DNA of 53,348 nt, filler included, from Stramenopiles sp. TOSAG23-3 (lineage: Eukaryota): the NCBI GenBank assembly GCA_900128585.1. It is 4 parts of 4 records of this genome, joined end to end, with 100 filler letters (N's around TTAATTAATTAA, not from the genome) between each part and the next. Parts side by side here need not be neighbours in the genome. Positions count along the whole stretch, not along the records: positions 51,319 to 53,348 come from LT645142.1; 3 more parts are not named here. One strand, 5' to 3'. The stretch's first letter is position 1; each line of letters begins with the position of its first letter. Of this stretch, positions 52,934 through 53,348 are shown one piece after another. The notes under the pieces were generated by a model, which was not told the origin of the DNA, ran no database searches, and saw nothing but the letters and a program-made list of their open reading frames with translations. The translations under genes were made by a program, and so were the position numbers.

Positions 52934-53348
52934 ATTTTGCGACCGATTTATTTACAAAGCAGCAAATCAACAACAAAAACCAAACAACGGTGCCCCCCCC
53001 CGTCGCCAACCCTGGCTGATGCTGTTTCCTACCAGAAAATAGTCCAGTCCAATTGGCCACCGCCCGTACACTTCGCTCTGTTTGCTAACAAAAGCAATCC
53101 GTTCAACATTCGCTCGCTTGCTCGCTCTCCGCCCTTTTCTTTTTATGTTTTCTTATCTCTGAATTGTCCAAGAATAAAAGTAGATCTTTTTTCTTTTTTT
53201 CAAATTCAACTTGTGTTTTATCTTATAATAAGATTCAAATAATACGGTACCAAGTAAGAAAAAAAATAAAAGTTTTTTTAATAATGAAATTCATCATCAT
53301 CTTCTACTACTAAAAAATCAATCTCATTTCGGTACGGTACCTCCTGTA

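Overview
Eukaryotic nuclear DNA from a flagellated protist. A stramenopile such as a MAST-type marine lineage is my best guess, inferred from gene architectures and not proven. The genes are intron-poor and GC-richer, separated by AT-rich, microsatellite-rich spacers. The window is four contigs (1-24583, 24684-49086, 49187-51218, 51319-53348) joined by artificial 100-bp linkers (44 N + TTAATTAATTAA + 44 N), so adjacency across linkers cannot be trusted. Recognisable genes include a LamG-GH47 alpha-1,2-mannosidase, an EHD/dynamin-like membrane GTPase, an EF-hand protein, an ankyrin protein, a PLAC8-like protein, VAC14, a giant IQ/p25alpha/WW/B-box protein, a carotenoid oxygenase with signal peptide, a RING-R3H-ZnF-Tudor protein, DRC7, a catalytically degenerate beta-lactamase-family protein, TMEM17, Rab2, a WD40-FN3 protein, an MPP9-like coiled-coil protein and the BRC-repeat part of BRCA2. 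The standout is the 2,032-bp contig 49187-51218. It is bounded by 140-bp inverted repeats that contain the leaders and first codons (ATG GCG GCT) of two convergent zinc-finger genes. One gene has a PWWP-like N-terminus. The other runs, via a -1 frame change, into a truncated class I SAM-methyltransferase-like segment. This is a candidate TIR mobile element or invertible cassette with chromatin-type cargo. Several genes show single-base frame breaks, most simply explained as assembly indels.
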